Origin: Octopus vulgaris
Taxonomy: Eukaryota
Direction of reading: 5' to 3'
NCBI GenBank assembly: GCA_951406725.2
Contig: OX597821.1
Coordinates: 38,316,001 to 38,380,000, forward strand
Length of the DNA: 64,000 nucleotides
Below are positions 38,640-52,135 of this stretch, piece by piece. The notes below the pieces were generated by a model. The model saw nothing but the letters and a program-made list of their open reading frames with translations. It made no database searches and was not told where the DNA came from. Every line of letters begins with the position of its first letter. The first letter of the stretch is position 1. The translations under genes and the position numbers were made by a program.

Positions 38640-39850
38640 GTACGTAGTCACGAGGGATAGAGGGACCATTGGCCTCATAAAAATAACGAGATCTTATGCG
38701 ACTGCAACAATTACAAAATTATCTCCTTCCAGAATTGGTCATCTTGAACCATTTGCAGAGAGTGTAGATCTTATAAACCCAGAATCACACTGCAGCTTTT
38801 CAGACTGACAGATAGCTATCATCTTCTCTTCGCTAACACCAGGAGAAGCGCCGAGCACAGCAAATGCACTCGTACTCTTTTGAAGATTCTTCTGAACATT
38901 GCTTGACCACCAAAACTGTAGACCATGATAGATTCCTCTGCATCAATATGAAGGGAACAGAGAACCTCACCGGTAGCCTCCCTTACTCTTTCAACAGCCG
39001 CAATGTTGTCAAAAATGTGTAGCATCTTTGCTTGGAAAATGTCTTTGAAATCTTATTTGCTTTGTTGGTGAAATATGTCTTCAGCAACGCAGTTGGGGGT
39101 GATCTTCCAGAGAAGAATGTGAAGTAGCAGGCCCTTCCAGTTGTCTCGCTTCAGAGCCAACGCACGTATAGTATTTATCATGGTCATACTGTCCACAGCA
39201 TTTACTAGCCACATCTGGCACAAACCCAGCCACTGCATCTCTGACGCTTGCAAGGATCATCATTCTGAATGACACGAGTGTTTTGGGATAAGACATGGAG
39301 GCACTACAGTTTATCAGGACCTACAAGTACAAATTTGATGTTGTCTATCGGTTAATATATCTTGGATCTACTATCATTGACACTTTATCATTGGACATGG
39401 AGATTTGCAACAGGATCAGGAAAATAGCTTCAACGTTCGACATACATTTTGAGTATGAGCCAATCCGTAGCTGACGATTAAGACACTGGTTGTCTCTGAA
39501 GTAAACTACTGTACAGAAATGCAAAATCAAAGCAGAAGAGTCGACTGTGTCCTGGTACAATAGTGCCCCACGCTGAACTTCCCAGTATGTATACTCTGCT
39601 TAAGTAGCGAAGACTGCGTTGGTTGAGACATGTCCACCGCATGGAGGGAGAAGACATCTTAAAGATTATTCTCTAAGGAAAATTGAGATGTGGCTCTTTA
39701 TGAATCAACAGCTGTACTACAAGGGAAACTGCAGGATGACCATGAAAGCACTCGATATCAGAATGGAATGCTGAGAGAGCCTTGTAGATGACCACGTAAG
39801 ATAAAGGTATGTCGTGAACTGGTCCAAGCCGCATTACAGAAGTTTTGAGA
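38640..39850 (+). mobile_element. RTE/BovB-like LINE RT remnant, heavily decayed
   Basis: PESHCSF (PESQCGF), DVVYRLIYLGSTIIDTLSLDMEICNRIRKIASTF, PSMYTLLK*RRLRWLRHVHRME. Confidence 0.85.
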
Positions 39851-40547
39851 CTTTTCAGGAGTGACATTCATTAATTTCAAAGGGGCACGAGACTCTAATA
39901 TCCTTGATTTGAATATACCTGTTGTAGCACTGCAGCCACTTTGTGAAGGCTCCATAGGAATCCTCAAAGTGAGGATGTCCGGAATCCTTGTCACCGTTTC
40001 CATTTTCTCCAGATCTTCGAAAGATCTCGAAACCTGTTATGCTAGGAAAAAGTCAGTTCTCGGCTTAAGATAATCCATAAATAGCCAGGAGTATTTCATA
40101 AGTTTCTGTCCAATTTAACACAAAAATTTATTACAAAAATTGATCCCAAATGGTCTTCACATCCCGACTGCATTCTGTAAACTGTTCAATTGTGATAAGT
40201 AGTGATTAATAGGGTAGAGCGTGTTGAAAGTGCTGCCACAACGACAAAAGACAATGTACAGGTGCGGTTGAATGGACACATGCATTTGATTATGTTCTCC
40301 ATTCGATCCAAGGTGTGTCGGCAGATTTAGATAAGCCGGAGCAAACCTCTTGGTGGTATACAATACCTGTAATGCAAATCTTGACAAACACATTGTCATT
40401 CCAAGGGAACCTCGATATGGTGTTTACAGTACAAATGTCTATTGTACTATCGCCCCCCGTCATTCAATACCCAGCCTAATACACATGCATGTGTGTGTGT
40501 CCGCGCGTATCTGTGTGTGCAACTGTGTGTACGTGTGTGATAATAAA

Positions 40548-40758
40548 CCTTTCTATTATAGGTCTGAATTTTCGGGGACTGGGGGGTAAGTCGATGTGAA
40601 TCGATACCAGTGCTTAACTAGTACTCCTTTTATCGACCCCAAAAGGATGAAAGTCAAAGTCGACACCGGCGGAATTTGAACTCAGATCGTAAACAAGGGC
40701 GAAATGCCGCTAAGCATTTTGTTCTGTGTGTTTACGGTTCTGTCAGTTCACCGCCTTT
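40548..40758 (-). mobile_element. SINE family B
   Basis: Reverse complement of head, B box and body. Confidence 0.88.
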
Positions 40759-40925
40759 AATATATGCAAATAATGGTGGAAAGAAAAAATGCTTACAAAT
40801 AATGTAGGTGTTTAGTTTTTTTACAGGTACCAATAGTTTGAATTTTCCAAAGTAAGGAGATGGAATACGATTTTATTTTATTTTTGTGTTGTCTAGAGTG
40901 GGAAATTCGGTGTTACGCTCAGTTT

Positions 40926-40967
<42 letters not shown>

Positions 40968-41185
40968 AGAGAAAGAGAAGGAGGGAGAGAGAGAAAGAGA
41001 GATCCAATGCATTTTAAGTTGGCCGAGTTGTGGAGTGTCACTGACAGGTCATTAAGGTCATGTAGCAAGAGAAAAGTTGCTCAGAACAAACATTTGGAGT
41101 TAAAGGATATCGTATGAAAGAAGTTTTGCTCCAATGGAATATTTTTGTTCATGATTGCCAATACCTAAGTGTGTGTGCGTGTGTG

Positions 41186-41189
<4 letters not shown>

Positions 41190-41270
<81 letters not shown>
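41190..41270. repeat. (GT)n microsatellite
   Basis: Direct inspection. Confidence 0.97.
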
Positions 41271-41279
<9 letters not shown>

Positions 41280-42089
41280 TTGTGTAGAGGCGTGTGAGTG
41301 CAATAGTATAAGTGTGCATGGGTGAAAACAGAGCGGTGGTATATAAACATACACATTTATACACATGCATGTACACGCAAGCAAGTATACACACACCTAT
41401 ACATACATACATAAAGCATCCGCATGCGTAAATATATACATAGGAACAAAGTGTCCTCAGTCGTGTATAGAATTAATAAAAGAACGGTGGAAAGAGAGAA
41501 AGTAAAGGAGACAGGTTAGAGAGAAAATGGAAATGACATCTCATTTTCTCGAAATTTTGTAAAAGAAGAAAACAAAGCATAGATAAAATAGAGAAAATAA
41601 CGCAGAAATATTTAAGACCAGCGCTTCCATCTCTTCCTATGAGGAATTTTTGAGACAGAATTTCTTTGTGATATTTTTTTTTTTTGCCATTATTGTTTCT
41701 TTATGCAGAGTTATTTAGTTTTGAAAGATAAAAAAAATTAATAAAGTGTCTCTCCATTTCTGAACGATATATTGGATCGCCTCTCAGCTTTGGCTGCAAA
41801 AAAAAATGTTGTTTCACTGCAGAATTATATTGTCGTTAGTATTTATTGCTGTTCTTTGCTATTACCCCGTTATTGACTCCGTTGCTATTCCGGATTTCAA
41901 AACTGAGCAAAATTAAAAAACAAAATAGATTGACACTGAAAGAAAAGAATATATCTGAATCTCTCCCCCCTCTCTCTCTCTCTCTATTTCTCTCCCTCTC
42001 TCTGTATATATATATATATATACATACATACATATATATATACATACATACATACATATATCATCATCATCAATTTTCCTTAACTAGTA

Positions 42090-42860
42090 AAGCTAGTCGT
42101 TGGGTGCCACTCTTCTTTGTCATCCGGAAATTCATTGCTCCTGTTCACTATTCCTGTAGGTAGATACTGCACGTTGGTGGACCCTTTCGTCGAGGCAAGT
42201 TTGGGCCACTGATTCTCTATTTGATGTTGAGAGAGACGTTCCGATGGTCACAAAGTCCCCAGATAATGTGGAACTGGGAGTGGAGTTCCCACTATCTCCT
42301 CATCTGAAGGAGTGTATATGCTGTGTGTACCTTCCTTTGAAATCATTGGCCATCATTGCTGTGTAGTGTGTCTTGATGCTATCGGCTGGTAGTCCTTCCT
42401 GCGAGCTGTTGGTATGATTTCGAAAGTTACAGTTTGGGATGTAGGCTGGGGATTGTGTGGGTGTGTGTAAGTGTCCTTTGTAGCCTGTGGTGTCAGAAGG
42501 GATGTTGTGTAAGCACGAGTTACTAACTTTAATTTTATACGGGTTGAAAAGTTTATAGTACAAATGGCCTCTAGGGAAAAGCTTTTTGATCTACGACAGG
42601 ATGCTTCTCGGTATGTTGGTGACAACTTCTAGATTAAACGGGAGGTTAAACTCGATTATCTTTCGCTTGCCGGTTCTCTTCGGGTACTGGGATGCGAACC
42701 CGCCTTATATATTAACTTCTTAGTGAATCCACTCTTCGATAATGACTTGTGATTCATTATAATGGGAGATGGTCCTGTGGAAGATCTCTCCGTCCGCTGA
42801 AAGTTTAGAGATTCTCCTATTGATGCATATAACTACGCGCCCGTTTGGCTGTGTAACATT
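42090..42860 (-). mobile_element. Penelope-like element linker plus GIY-YIG remnant
   Basis: KRKIIEFNLPFNLEVVTNI..FPRGHLYYKLFNPYKIKVSNSCLHNI, CNFRN, FKGRYTQHIHSFR, CSIYLQE. Confidence 0.82.
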
Positions 42861-43170
42861 GCAAGCAAGCAAGGTTGAAGTTAATGATTTATAACCAACG
42901 CCATATTTTACTTATATATATTGTACAACATAATACTATACCACACACATATACGCACACACGTACACACACACAAACACACACATATATATACACACAC
43001 GCTTATATATATTTACAATGTGGTGTGTATATATATGTATACATGATATATATGCATATATGTAGATGAATGTGTATGTATGCGTATGTATATATATATA
43101 TGTATATATATATGTTTATATATATACATACAGTTCTATATTCAAGAGATGAAGAATTATGTACATTATT

Positions 43171-43340
43171 TACATTATTTACATTTGACGGATATTTGTC
43201 CTGATCTTGTTTGTTGTTAACACAACGTTTCAGCTGATATACGCTCCAGTCTTCATGAAGGCTGGAGGGTATATCAGACGAAACGTTGTGCTAACAACAA
43301 ACAAGATGAGCACAAATATCCGTCAGATGTAAATAACGTA
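43171..43340. repeat. Loop-less palindrome (85-bp arms) of hammerhead family 3, centred in the ribozyme core
   Basis: Centre CTTCATGAAG; each arm matches about 46472-46570. Confidence 0.9.
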
Positions 43341-43361
43341 TATATTTACATGTTTATATAA

Positions 43362-43561
43362 GGCGCGGGCATGGCTGTGTGGGATGTAGCTTGCTTACCA
43401 ACTACATGGTTCCGTGTTCAGTCCCTCTGCGTGGTGCCTTGGGGCAGTGTCTTCTACTAAAGCTTCGGGCCGATCAACGCCTTGTGAGTGGATCTGGTAG
43501 GCGGAAACTGAAAGAAGCCCCTCATGTATATATATAGATATGTGTGTGTGTGTGCGTGTGA

Positions 43562-43595
<34 letters not shown>

Positions 43596-43815
43596 GTGCA
43601 TGTTTGTGTTTCTGTGTTTGTTCCCCATCATCACTTGCCAACCGATGTTGGTGTGTTTACGTCCCCGCAACTTAGCGGTTCAGCATAAGAGACCGACAGG
43701 TTAAGTCCTAGGCTCATAAAGAATAAGTCCTGGGGTCGATTTGTTCGACTAAAGTCGATGCTCCAGCACGGCCGCAGTCAAATGACTGAAACAAGTAAAG
43801 AAAAGAATAAAAGAA
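43362..43815 (+). mobile_element. SINE family A, full length
   Basis: Homologous to 10619-11004. Confidence 0.92.
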
Positions 43816-43827
43816 TATATATATATA

Positions 43828-44013
43828 TTGCCACAACACATTCTTTTTTTCTCTCTCCTTATTTCTCTTGTTTTTTTTTTCTGTGTCCTTTTCTGTAGAA
43901 GAGCGTAGGCTCGAACTCTAAAAGACTTTTTCTATTCCTGAGCGTTATACTAATACATCTGTTTGCTTTGTACTCCAACTGTCTTCGTCTTTTGTTCTTT
44001 TCGTGAACTCTCC
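43828..44013 (+). mobile_element. Hammerhead family 1 repeat, second copy (motif 43885-43926 degenerate)
   Basis: CTGTAGA-A-GAGC-gtag-GCTC-GAAC; downstream sequence matches the 15741-15830 minus strand. Confidence 0.7.
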
Positions 44014-44026
44014 TATATATATAAAT

Positions 44027-44059
<33 letters not shown>

Positions 44060-44190
44060 TACACACACACACACACGCATACATACACACATACATATAC
44101 ATACACACACACACACACATATATACATATATATACACACACACACACAAAAAAACACACACACACACACAAAAAAACACACACACACAC

Positions 44191-44225
<35 letters not shown>

Positions 44226-44471
44226 TGGCTGAGAAAGTTCCTAAAGATGCAGAAAGATTCCCGACAATGCTTTAGCTTGAGTTGCTAACAGAGAAGCATG
44301 CAACATCTTGACATCCTTATGTAGCTCCTGCAGTATTAGCGAGAGACAAAGAGACTGTGATGTTTATTTCAAACACACACACACGCACACACATGTATGC
44401 ATCTATATTTACTTGAGTGTGTGTGTATATAGATATATGTATGTGTGTGTATAGATATATGTATGTGTGTG

Positions 44472-44541
<70 letters not shown>

Positions 44542-44559
44542 TGTATTTATATATTTAGG

Positions 44560-45330
44560 TACAATTCCAAGAGGAATTGCAATCCCTGAATGAAAATCAG
44601 TGCGTTATCTGGGCATTAATACGAGTAATTATGCATCTTTCCAGGTGCTTATGATTAATTTAGTAATAAAACGCAGACGGCTAGCTGGATCGATCCTCCT
44701 CCGAACTTTCAGAACGAAAGAAAAGGAAACTATGATGGTCCTTTGGAGGTCATAAATCCTCAGCCGCTTGGACTATTGCTCTCAACTATGGTCAGCCCAC
44801 AATATAAAATCAACAGCAAAATTCAAAGCACTCCAACGAAGGAACTACAAAGAAAATCGTCTGAATACAACGCAACCTGGGGAAGGTTGAAATAGTTAAG
44901 ACTCTTCCCCCTACAACCGAGGCCGGAAAGATATGCAGTGAAATACATCTGGCATGGAAAATCACACATGTAACAGAATGGGGCGCCACTGTATATAATG
45001 GAGCGAAAGATCCCAGCATCATCATCAAAATGCAGGACCAGATACTGGAACAACTTGGGTTTCAAGGGCCCACAGCTCTTCAATATCCTTCCAAAATGCT
45101 TGGGAGACCTGCATGGTGTGAATGAATGGAGGTGTTTTCAACACGAAACTGGATCTCCTCCTTTCAAGCGTTCCAGATGAGCCTACCACACAGCAGGAAA
45201 CACAGATGAGGACAGTAGCATCAAACTCCCTCATTCACCAAATGCCGTATATCAAAGGATGCTTCAAATAATGGTGCAGCACTGCCTACGGTGGTGCCCC
45301 AGCATGACCAAAGCTTTAAAGCTGAAACAG
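44560..45330 (+). mobile_element. CR1-like LINE 3' fragment (second family)
   Basis: RTFRTKEKETMMVLWRS*ILSRLDYCSQLWS, GPQLFNILPKCL; ends GGTGGTGCCCCAGCATGACC..GCTGAAAC. Confidence 0.82.
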
Positions 45331-45460
45331 GTTAGCGTATGTGTGTGTGTGTGTTTGTGTGTTTGTACGAGTGTGTGAGCGTGAAGAAGATTTGGCGAAT
45401 CTCTACTCTGTGTTCCTTGTTCCAATTTCCACTCACTTATATGGTATTCAAAACTCTCCT

Positions 45461-45694
45461 AAGGCTGCGAGCAGGCAGAAACATTAGCACACCGGGCGAA
45501 ATGCTTAGCGGTATTTCGTCTGCCGTTACGTTCTGAGTTCAAATTCTGCCGAGGTCGACTTTGCCTTTCATCCTTTCGGGATCGATTAAATAAGTACCAG
45601 TTACGCACTGGGGTCGATATAATCGAGTTAATCCGTTTGTCTGTCCTTGGTTTGTCCTCCCTGTGTTTAGCCCCTTGTGGGTAGTAAAGAAATA
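45461..45694 (+). mobile_element. SINE family B, full length
   Basis: TSD GGTATTCAAAACTCTC (45442 and 45695). Confidence 0.93.
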
Positions 45695-46124
45695 GGTATT
45701 CAAAACTCTCTTATAAAAAAAAGCTGTTCGAACTAATCAAAACGTGATCCAAACAAACCAATGTGAAATAATTACTGGCTCTATTTATCTGCTGGAGCAA
45801 TTTGCGAAATTATACAAATATTTATAAATACGTGGAATATGTTTGTATAGGTGCGTTATTAATAAGCAATTTATAAAAATGAGGTTCTAAATGTGGTTTA
45901 TAATTGGATATTTTAATTAATCTATAATGGTTTATGTTCTTTGTTTTCAATTTATATACTTAAATGGTTATTAGAATTTAATGTTTGATGGGGGAGGGGT
46001 AATTGAGCATTGTGTTTTGTATTAAAGTTAGGATATTTTGCTTTACATATGAATGAAATATAGGTCATCTCTAGGACAACTAGTGGCCTATATTATACAA
46101 CTTTGCATTATACATACATACACA

Positions 46125-46301
<177 letters not shown>

Positions 46302-46305
46302 AATT

Positions 46306-46573
46306 AGGATCTGCTTATGAGATGGGTGTCCCATTATTACCCATATTTCAGAGGTTCTCCTTCATGCACCTCATCACTCATTAACATCCTGACATTTTAC
46401 AGAAAATCACTAGTTTAGCGGTTCAACATATTGGATAAAGGTTCGAAATTTAAACATGCCCAAGATACCTGATGAAAACTGGAGGGTATATCAGCCGAAA
46501 CGTTGTGTTAACAAACAAACAAGATGAGGACAAATATCCGTCAAATCCGTCAAATGTAAATAATGTAAATAAT
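46306..46573 (+). mobile_element. Short hammerhead-containing repeat (Penelope pLTR-like), family 3, in (TA)n
   Basis: Flanked by (TA)n; 3' part matches the 43171-43340 arms. Confidence 0.7.
46464..46509 (+). ncRNA. Minimal hammerhead ribozyme-like motif (stem II partly broken)
   Basis: GATAC-CTGATGA-a-aaCTG..CAGcc-GAAA-CG-TT-GTGTT; the sister copy has GGCTG, restoring stem II. Confidence 0.6.
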
Positions 46574-46577
46574 ATAC

Positions 46578-46625
<48 letters not shown>

Positions 46626-47297
46626 ACCCATACGGTTTTAAACACACACACACCGACACAGACACACACATACGCAGAGTGATGGTTGCGTACGGAAAAT
46701 ATTTGTCTTGTTATCTTCCAAAGTTAGGTCCGAGTTGTGTTTTTTTTCCCCCAAAGAACAGTGATTCCAGTTTCATTCTCTTCCATTTGCCACACATTGA
46801 CTGATTAGCACACTTTATACTCCTTTTGATCCTTGCTTACCGCGCCACTGCATACATTCTTAAAAACAGAAAAGGGTACATAAACTAACGCAGTTCTAAA
46901 TAATAGGTGATGGGGGTTATGGATGGAATACTTTAGATTATTGATTTAATTAATCATGGTTAATCAGGAGCAGCAACAGTGATACATAAAGACAGAAATT
47001 GACGGTATCAGTGTGTGTGTGTGTGTACGCGCGCATCCGTGCGTGCGTGCTGCGTGTATATGTATGTGTGTATGAGTATATATATGTATAAATATGTGTC
47101 GTTAGCACAGCCGGAGACTTTGCGCGCGCATTCCTTCGTCATTTGAAATTTCTGATGAGTTTATCTCTTATCTTTCGAATTTATAAAAAAAAATCTAAAT
47201 CCGTTTTGATTCTCAGTCGTAAATTCATAGATCAGTTTAGACAGAAATAAGTATTTGTGATTTGAATTTTAGGATTTTTACTAAGCAGAAAATATGT

Positions 47298-47626
47298 ATG
47301 GCTCAGTGGTTAGAGCCTGGGGCTCAAAATCACGAGATAGTGAGTTCGATTTCCGGACCGGGCTACATGTTGTGTTCTTGAGCAAGACACTTTATTTCAA
47401 GTTGCTCCAGTTCACTCAGCTGCAGAAATGATCTGCGATATCACTTGTACCAAGCTGCATATCATCTTTGCCTTTCCCTTGGATAACATCGGTGGCGTTG
47501 AGAGAAGAGGCTGGTATGCATGGGCGACTTCTGGTCTTCCATAAACAACCTTGCCCAGACTTGTGCTTCGGTGGGTAATTTTCTAGCTGCAACCCCATGG
47601 TTATTCATAACAAAAGGGGGTCTTTA
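47298..47626 (+). mobile_element. tRNA-derived SINE family C
   Basis: A box TGGCTCAGTGG, B box GAGTTCGATTTCC, central GTGTTCTTGAGCAAGACACTT, RTE-like tail CCCATGGTTATTCATAAC..AGGGGGTCT. Confidence 0.85.
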
Positions 47627-48052
47627 ACAGACCCCCTTCGGTTAAAACAAGTGCATTCTAATCAGCTTGCAACACCAGCGCCCATTCTGGAACTGTTCTA
47701 TTGTTATCGCTAACAAATAACTCAACAAGGAATTGATTTTTTCTACCTTGCCAAAGTAAAATGGATGAAGCAATAAAAATCCAGCTTCATTTGTATAAAG
47801 TTGTGTCGATGTGTTTGCCTATGCAGGATGTATGTTTATGTATGACATATGTTGATCTGTGTATGCATTTATGCCTTGTGTGATATTTGCATCGGTACAC
47901 ATTTATGTTGAAAGGCTTACATTCCAATGTATGTATGACAAGATATTCTAAAATATGTTTGCATATATTTAGGCTTATGCATTGTGTATTTATATTTGTA
48001 TATGAGTTTGTATACGTATTTTCACACATTTTAATTTTTTATGTGTGTGTGT

Positions 48053-48094
<42 letters not shown>

Positions 48095-48125
48095 GATACA
48101 TAGACAGATATAGAGATAGATAGAT

Positions 48126-48172
<47 letters not shown>

Positions 48173-48277
48173 GATAGATAGATAGATTGCTAGATAGATA
48201 GATAGATAGATAGATATATAGATAGATATATAGATAGGTAAATAGATAGATAGTTAGATAGATAGATAGATAGATAT

Positions 48278-48320
<43 letters not shown>
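48053..48320. repeat. (GATA)n microsatellite
   Basis: Direct inspection. Confidence 0.97.
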
Positions 48321-48782
48321 TGCATATAAATGACTGTTTGTGTCTCCCTGTGTATCACTATGTCTATGTTTATATACATCATTTGACATGTTTGTTGTTG
48401 TATATACAATATGATGTATATATTTGTATATAAGTGTTTGTATGTGTATGTACGCATGCATGTAGTTATGTATAAAGATGCGTTTAAGACTTTAGAGTCT
48501 TACATATATACAAATCTTTAATGTGAATATAAGAAATTCTGTCCATTAAAAAGTGTTCTTATATTTCACCTGCTTCAATTCCTTTAAGACCTAATCTAAC
48601 TCCACGCATGAGGGATTTCACCAATAACTAATGGAATAAATCAACAATGGACAAAGATATTCAATGGCAACTATACTTTGGCGATATGTATATCGCTTCT
48701 GACCTAGATTTCTTCATAAAACGCTTTTCTTAACCCATAGAAACTGTTTGGTCCCAAATCACATTCTCTCATCCTCTAAATA

Positions 48783-48900
48783 CGAGGCCCAAATTTTCAG
48801 AGGAAGGTGTGGGGGGGGGTTAGTTAATTACATCGACTCCAATATTTGACTGGTACTTTATCCTCCGCGGACAAATGATTGACAAAGTTGATTTCGGTGA
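48783..48900 (-). mobile_element. Degenerate SINE family B 3' part
   Basis: aattacatcgactcc..actggtacttta. Confidence 0.6.
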
Positions 48901-51085
48901 GACAGATATATGTATGTGCATGTGTGTGTTTGTGTGTGTGTTTGCGTGTGTGTGTGTGTGTGTGTGTGTGTAGGCAACAGAAATTACTTTGAAACACCGG
49001 AGAGATAAACCTGCTGACTCTGTGTAACGAACTGTATCTCTTATTTACTTTTTGTGATGTGGCTGAAAACTTCCAGTTATTTAGAGCATGAAAGATCGCA
49101 AAGAATATAAAAAAGAAAGATGGAAGAAAATATTTAAAAAGTAATTTTAATTATAATATCATTTCTTATCAACAGATGTTTCCCTTTTATTCTGGCTGAT
49201 GTTCGGTTTGCATAGAAGCGTTCGTTATTGAATCATTATGTAAATACATATATAATTGTACCTAGAAGTGTTAAATGTTTTATAAAATTGCATTAGTTGT
49301 TAAAAACTGTCAAATCACATTCACGTGATAAATAATGAGTAGATGAGTTAATGCATTCCAATTTTTGTAACATTAGAAAAGCTGCAGATGAAATATGCTC
49401 TGCGAAAGAGAGAAATAATGTCTTTCGGTAAATGACGTTGTACTTTTTATTTATGCTCAAGCGAAGACATTGTCCATAATGATAGATTGCGAATTAGTAT
49501 CAGATACATACGCACACCTGTATACCTGCCTCTGTGTGTGTAAGACAATTTCTTACGATGTCACAACACTCTGTTTATTCTTGAATTGCTTCATGAAACA
49601 CAATGAGACAGGTGTAAAATTGAGCTGACACACATACTAATTCAGAAAATGCTTAAATTCTACATTTTAATTCATATAATATATATCTTTAATACTATTT
49701 TACTGTTCGCATGGATACCTGCTTTTATTGTACATTATATGTTGTAAATTCACAGAAATATTTGCTAACAAAATTGTTTTCCTTCATTCACAGTATGTTC
49801 TCACTTGTTATGAGCTGTGAAAACCATCGGCAATATTGTCATTATTTTGCTCTCTCTCATTCCCCAACGTTGGATGTTTTACTTCTACTCATACAGCTAA
49901 TATTGTATGCTTTTTTTTTTTTACCTCTACACTGTTTTCTATTGTTTTAACGTTTTTGGCGGTTATATATTAGTAGGCTGCATATATTGAAAAGGGAAAG
50001 CTTACTTGTTTATTAGCTAACAGTTTAGCCTAAAGCTGCAATGGAAATGTAATTATGCGTAAGCTGTAAGCAAAGAAAACACTGAGAATATAAACTGTAA
50101 AGAAACACAATTTGTGTCACAACCTCATTAGCTGCAATTATCATGAACTAGAATTATACATGAAATCAGCTATTAACTTCTTGCTTTTGGCAACTTGCAA
50201 TCTCAACCATTGAAATAATCCATCCACGTAACTAAAATATATGACATCAAAATATCCTGTTGAGGTGTTCATATCTAATTCAACAAACACATGTTGTTGA
50301 CTCAAAGTCCGTAAAGTAATAAGATCCATGACCTTTCAAAGTATTTATTTTCACTTCTTTAATAAAAATTAGGAGTTATGCAATCTTAAATTGTATTATT
50401 CAATAACAATTTAACCTCAATAATGATAATAACACTTGTGCAGAAAAGTTAATAAACTTACCAGTTTCCTTGAAATAACATCTCAAATACTGAAAAACAA
50501 AATGTTTTCATAAACGGAAAGTACTTTAGATATTTAGACAAAGACCCAGCATCTATTAACTAAAACTATGTTGTTCAAATTTCACATTATAATTGTGAGA
50601 ATCCCTAAATCTAAATTTATGCTCTGATTTTATTCTCATGATTTTATTTATCGGGTTGGTGTGAGAGGAACCAGCATCCATGACCTTCGCAGACATTTTC
50701 CGACTGCTAAAAGCCAGATGGTTAAAATATACTTCAGAAATATATGCAAGTTGAAGGTTGTGGGAAAATATGTGCAGGGAAGGGGTTCCAGAAGATGGAC
50801 GCACTGAAGAAGGAGGAAGGGTGGTGTGGTCACTTCTGGTTGGTGGTCATGGGGTTTGAACAACTATATGTCTGACGAAGGAAAGGGAAACAAATGAATG
50901 GGCGTGGCACAAGGGCAGCCACCTCCGAGTGTCAGTAGTCATATACGAATTCTAAGAAACCTATGCTCTCCAAGCAATATTCGGTTCTGAATAGATTTTC
51001 AAATATATCAGGGAGGTTTCAGTATGTTCTAGCAATATTATACAGCCATACTGGTTGTTATATGCTACAAGATTAAGTTATATTA

Positions 51086-52135
51086 TTAGGTTGTCAAGAA
51101 AGTTCTTGCGGTTTTTAACCTTTAAATTCAGATGCACATATCTCGGCTCATACAAAACTTTATTAACTGAAATAAACACCATCAGAATCAACACACTTTT
51201 GCCAACGCGAAACAAGTTGATTTATGCCAGTAGCGTAAAAATCCTGCGTTTTGATTGCGATGCAGGCGTGTTTGGCATCGGCTTGGTTTTTGAAGCATTT
51301 CTCACGCAGAAAGTTGTCGAGATGCTTGAAAAAGTGGTAGCCTGTAGGCGAGAGATCTGGTGAGTATGGCGGATGAGGCAGAGTTTAGTAACCCAATTCG
51401 TTCAACTTCTGCAGGGTCAGTTGTGCGACGTGCGGTCGAGCTTTGTCGTGGAGAAGCATTGGTCCTTTTCTATTGACCAATGCTGGTGGTTGTTGTCGGA
51501 GTTTCTTATGCATTTCCATTCGCTGACAGTACTTCTCCACCGTAGTTGTTTCGCCTGGATCCAAAAAGCTGTGATGGATTGTCGTTCAATTCGTGCGGCA
51601 CCCATTTCTCAAGTATTTTTGTTTGTCCAATCTCTTTCAAGTGGCTGTAAATTGTCGTATATGCTAGGTCTAATTCAGAAGCAAGCTCTCGAAAAGTTGT
51701 GCATGGAGTGGCTTCGACTAAGGCTCCTAGTCGATCGTTGTCAACATCCGATGGCCGATCACTACGCTTATCATCTTCAAGACTCTCGTCACCGCTACGA
51801 AATTTCTTGAACCACCATTGTGCTGTACGTTCATTAGTGGTTCCTAGGCCAAACGCATCGTTGATATCGCGAGCTCTTTCAACAGCTTTTCGAGCTAGCT
51901 TGAACTGGTATAAGAAAATTGCGCAAATTTGTTTTTTGTCCATTATGTATTCAATGTTCCGGAAAAAGAAAATAGTCTAATTATTCCAAAAGGAAAAGAG
52001 TAACACGACTAGATAGAGCGAAAAACGGACTTTAATATGATATATAAAGTCAAAGTTATTTAACGAAATTAATTTGAAAATACATAATTTAAAACCAAAA
52101 TCAAAAATTCCGCAAGAACTTTCTTGACAACCTAA
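51086..52135 (-). mobile_element. Mariner (Hsmar1/cecropia-like) element, internally deleted, both TIRs intact
   Basis: Perfect 26-bp TIR TTAGGTTGTCAAGAAAGTTCTTGCGG with TA TSDs; HTH region, WVPHEL, HDKARPH, PPYSPDLSP. Confidence 0.95.

Noticed and set aside
39540-40400. Minus-strand peptides (MRWTC..LRYLS..WGTIVP; LPTHLG) resembling a negative-strand RNA virus L protein
   Set aside because: The best-matching part is the antisense of clear RTE motifs (RRLRWLRHVHRME) on the plus strand; no polymerase or capping motifs found
47150-47185. CTGATGA..GAA
   Set aside because: No GAAA and no stems
47298-47360. tRNA gene
   Set aside because: A and B boxes present but continue into SINE body; no convincing acceptor stem
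50868-50900. CTGACGA..GAAAC hammerhead-like words
   Set aside because: No stem II or stem I pairing
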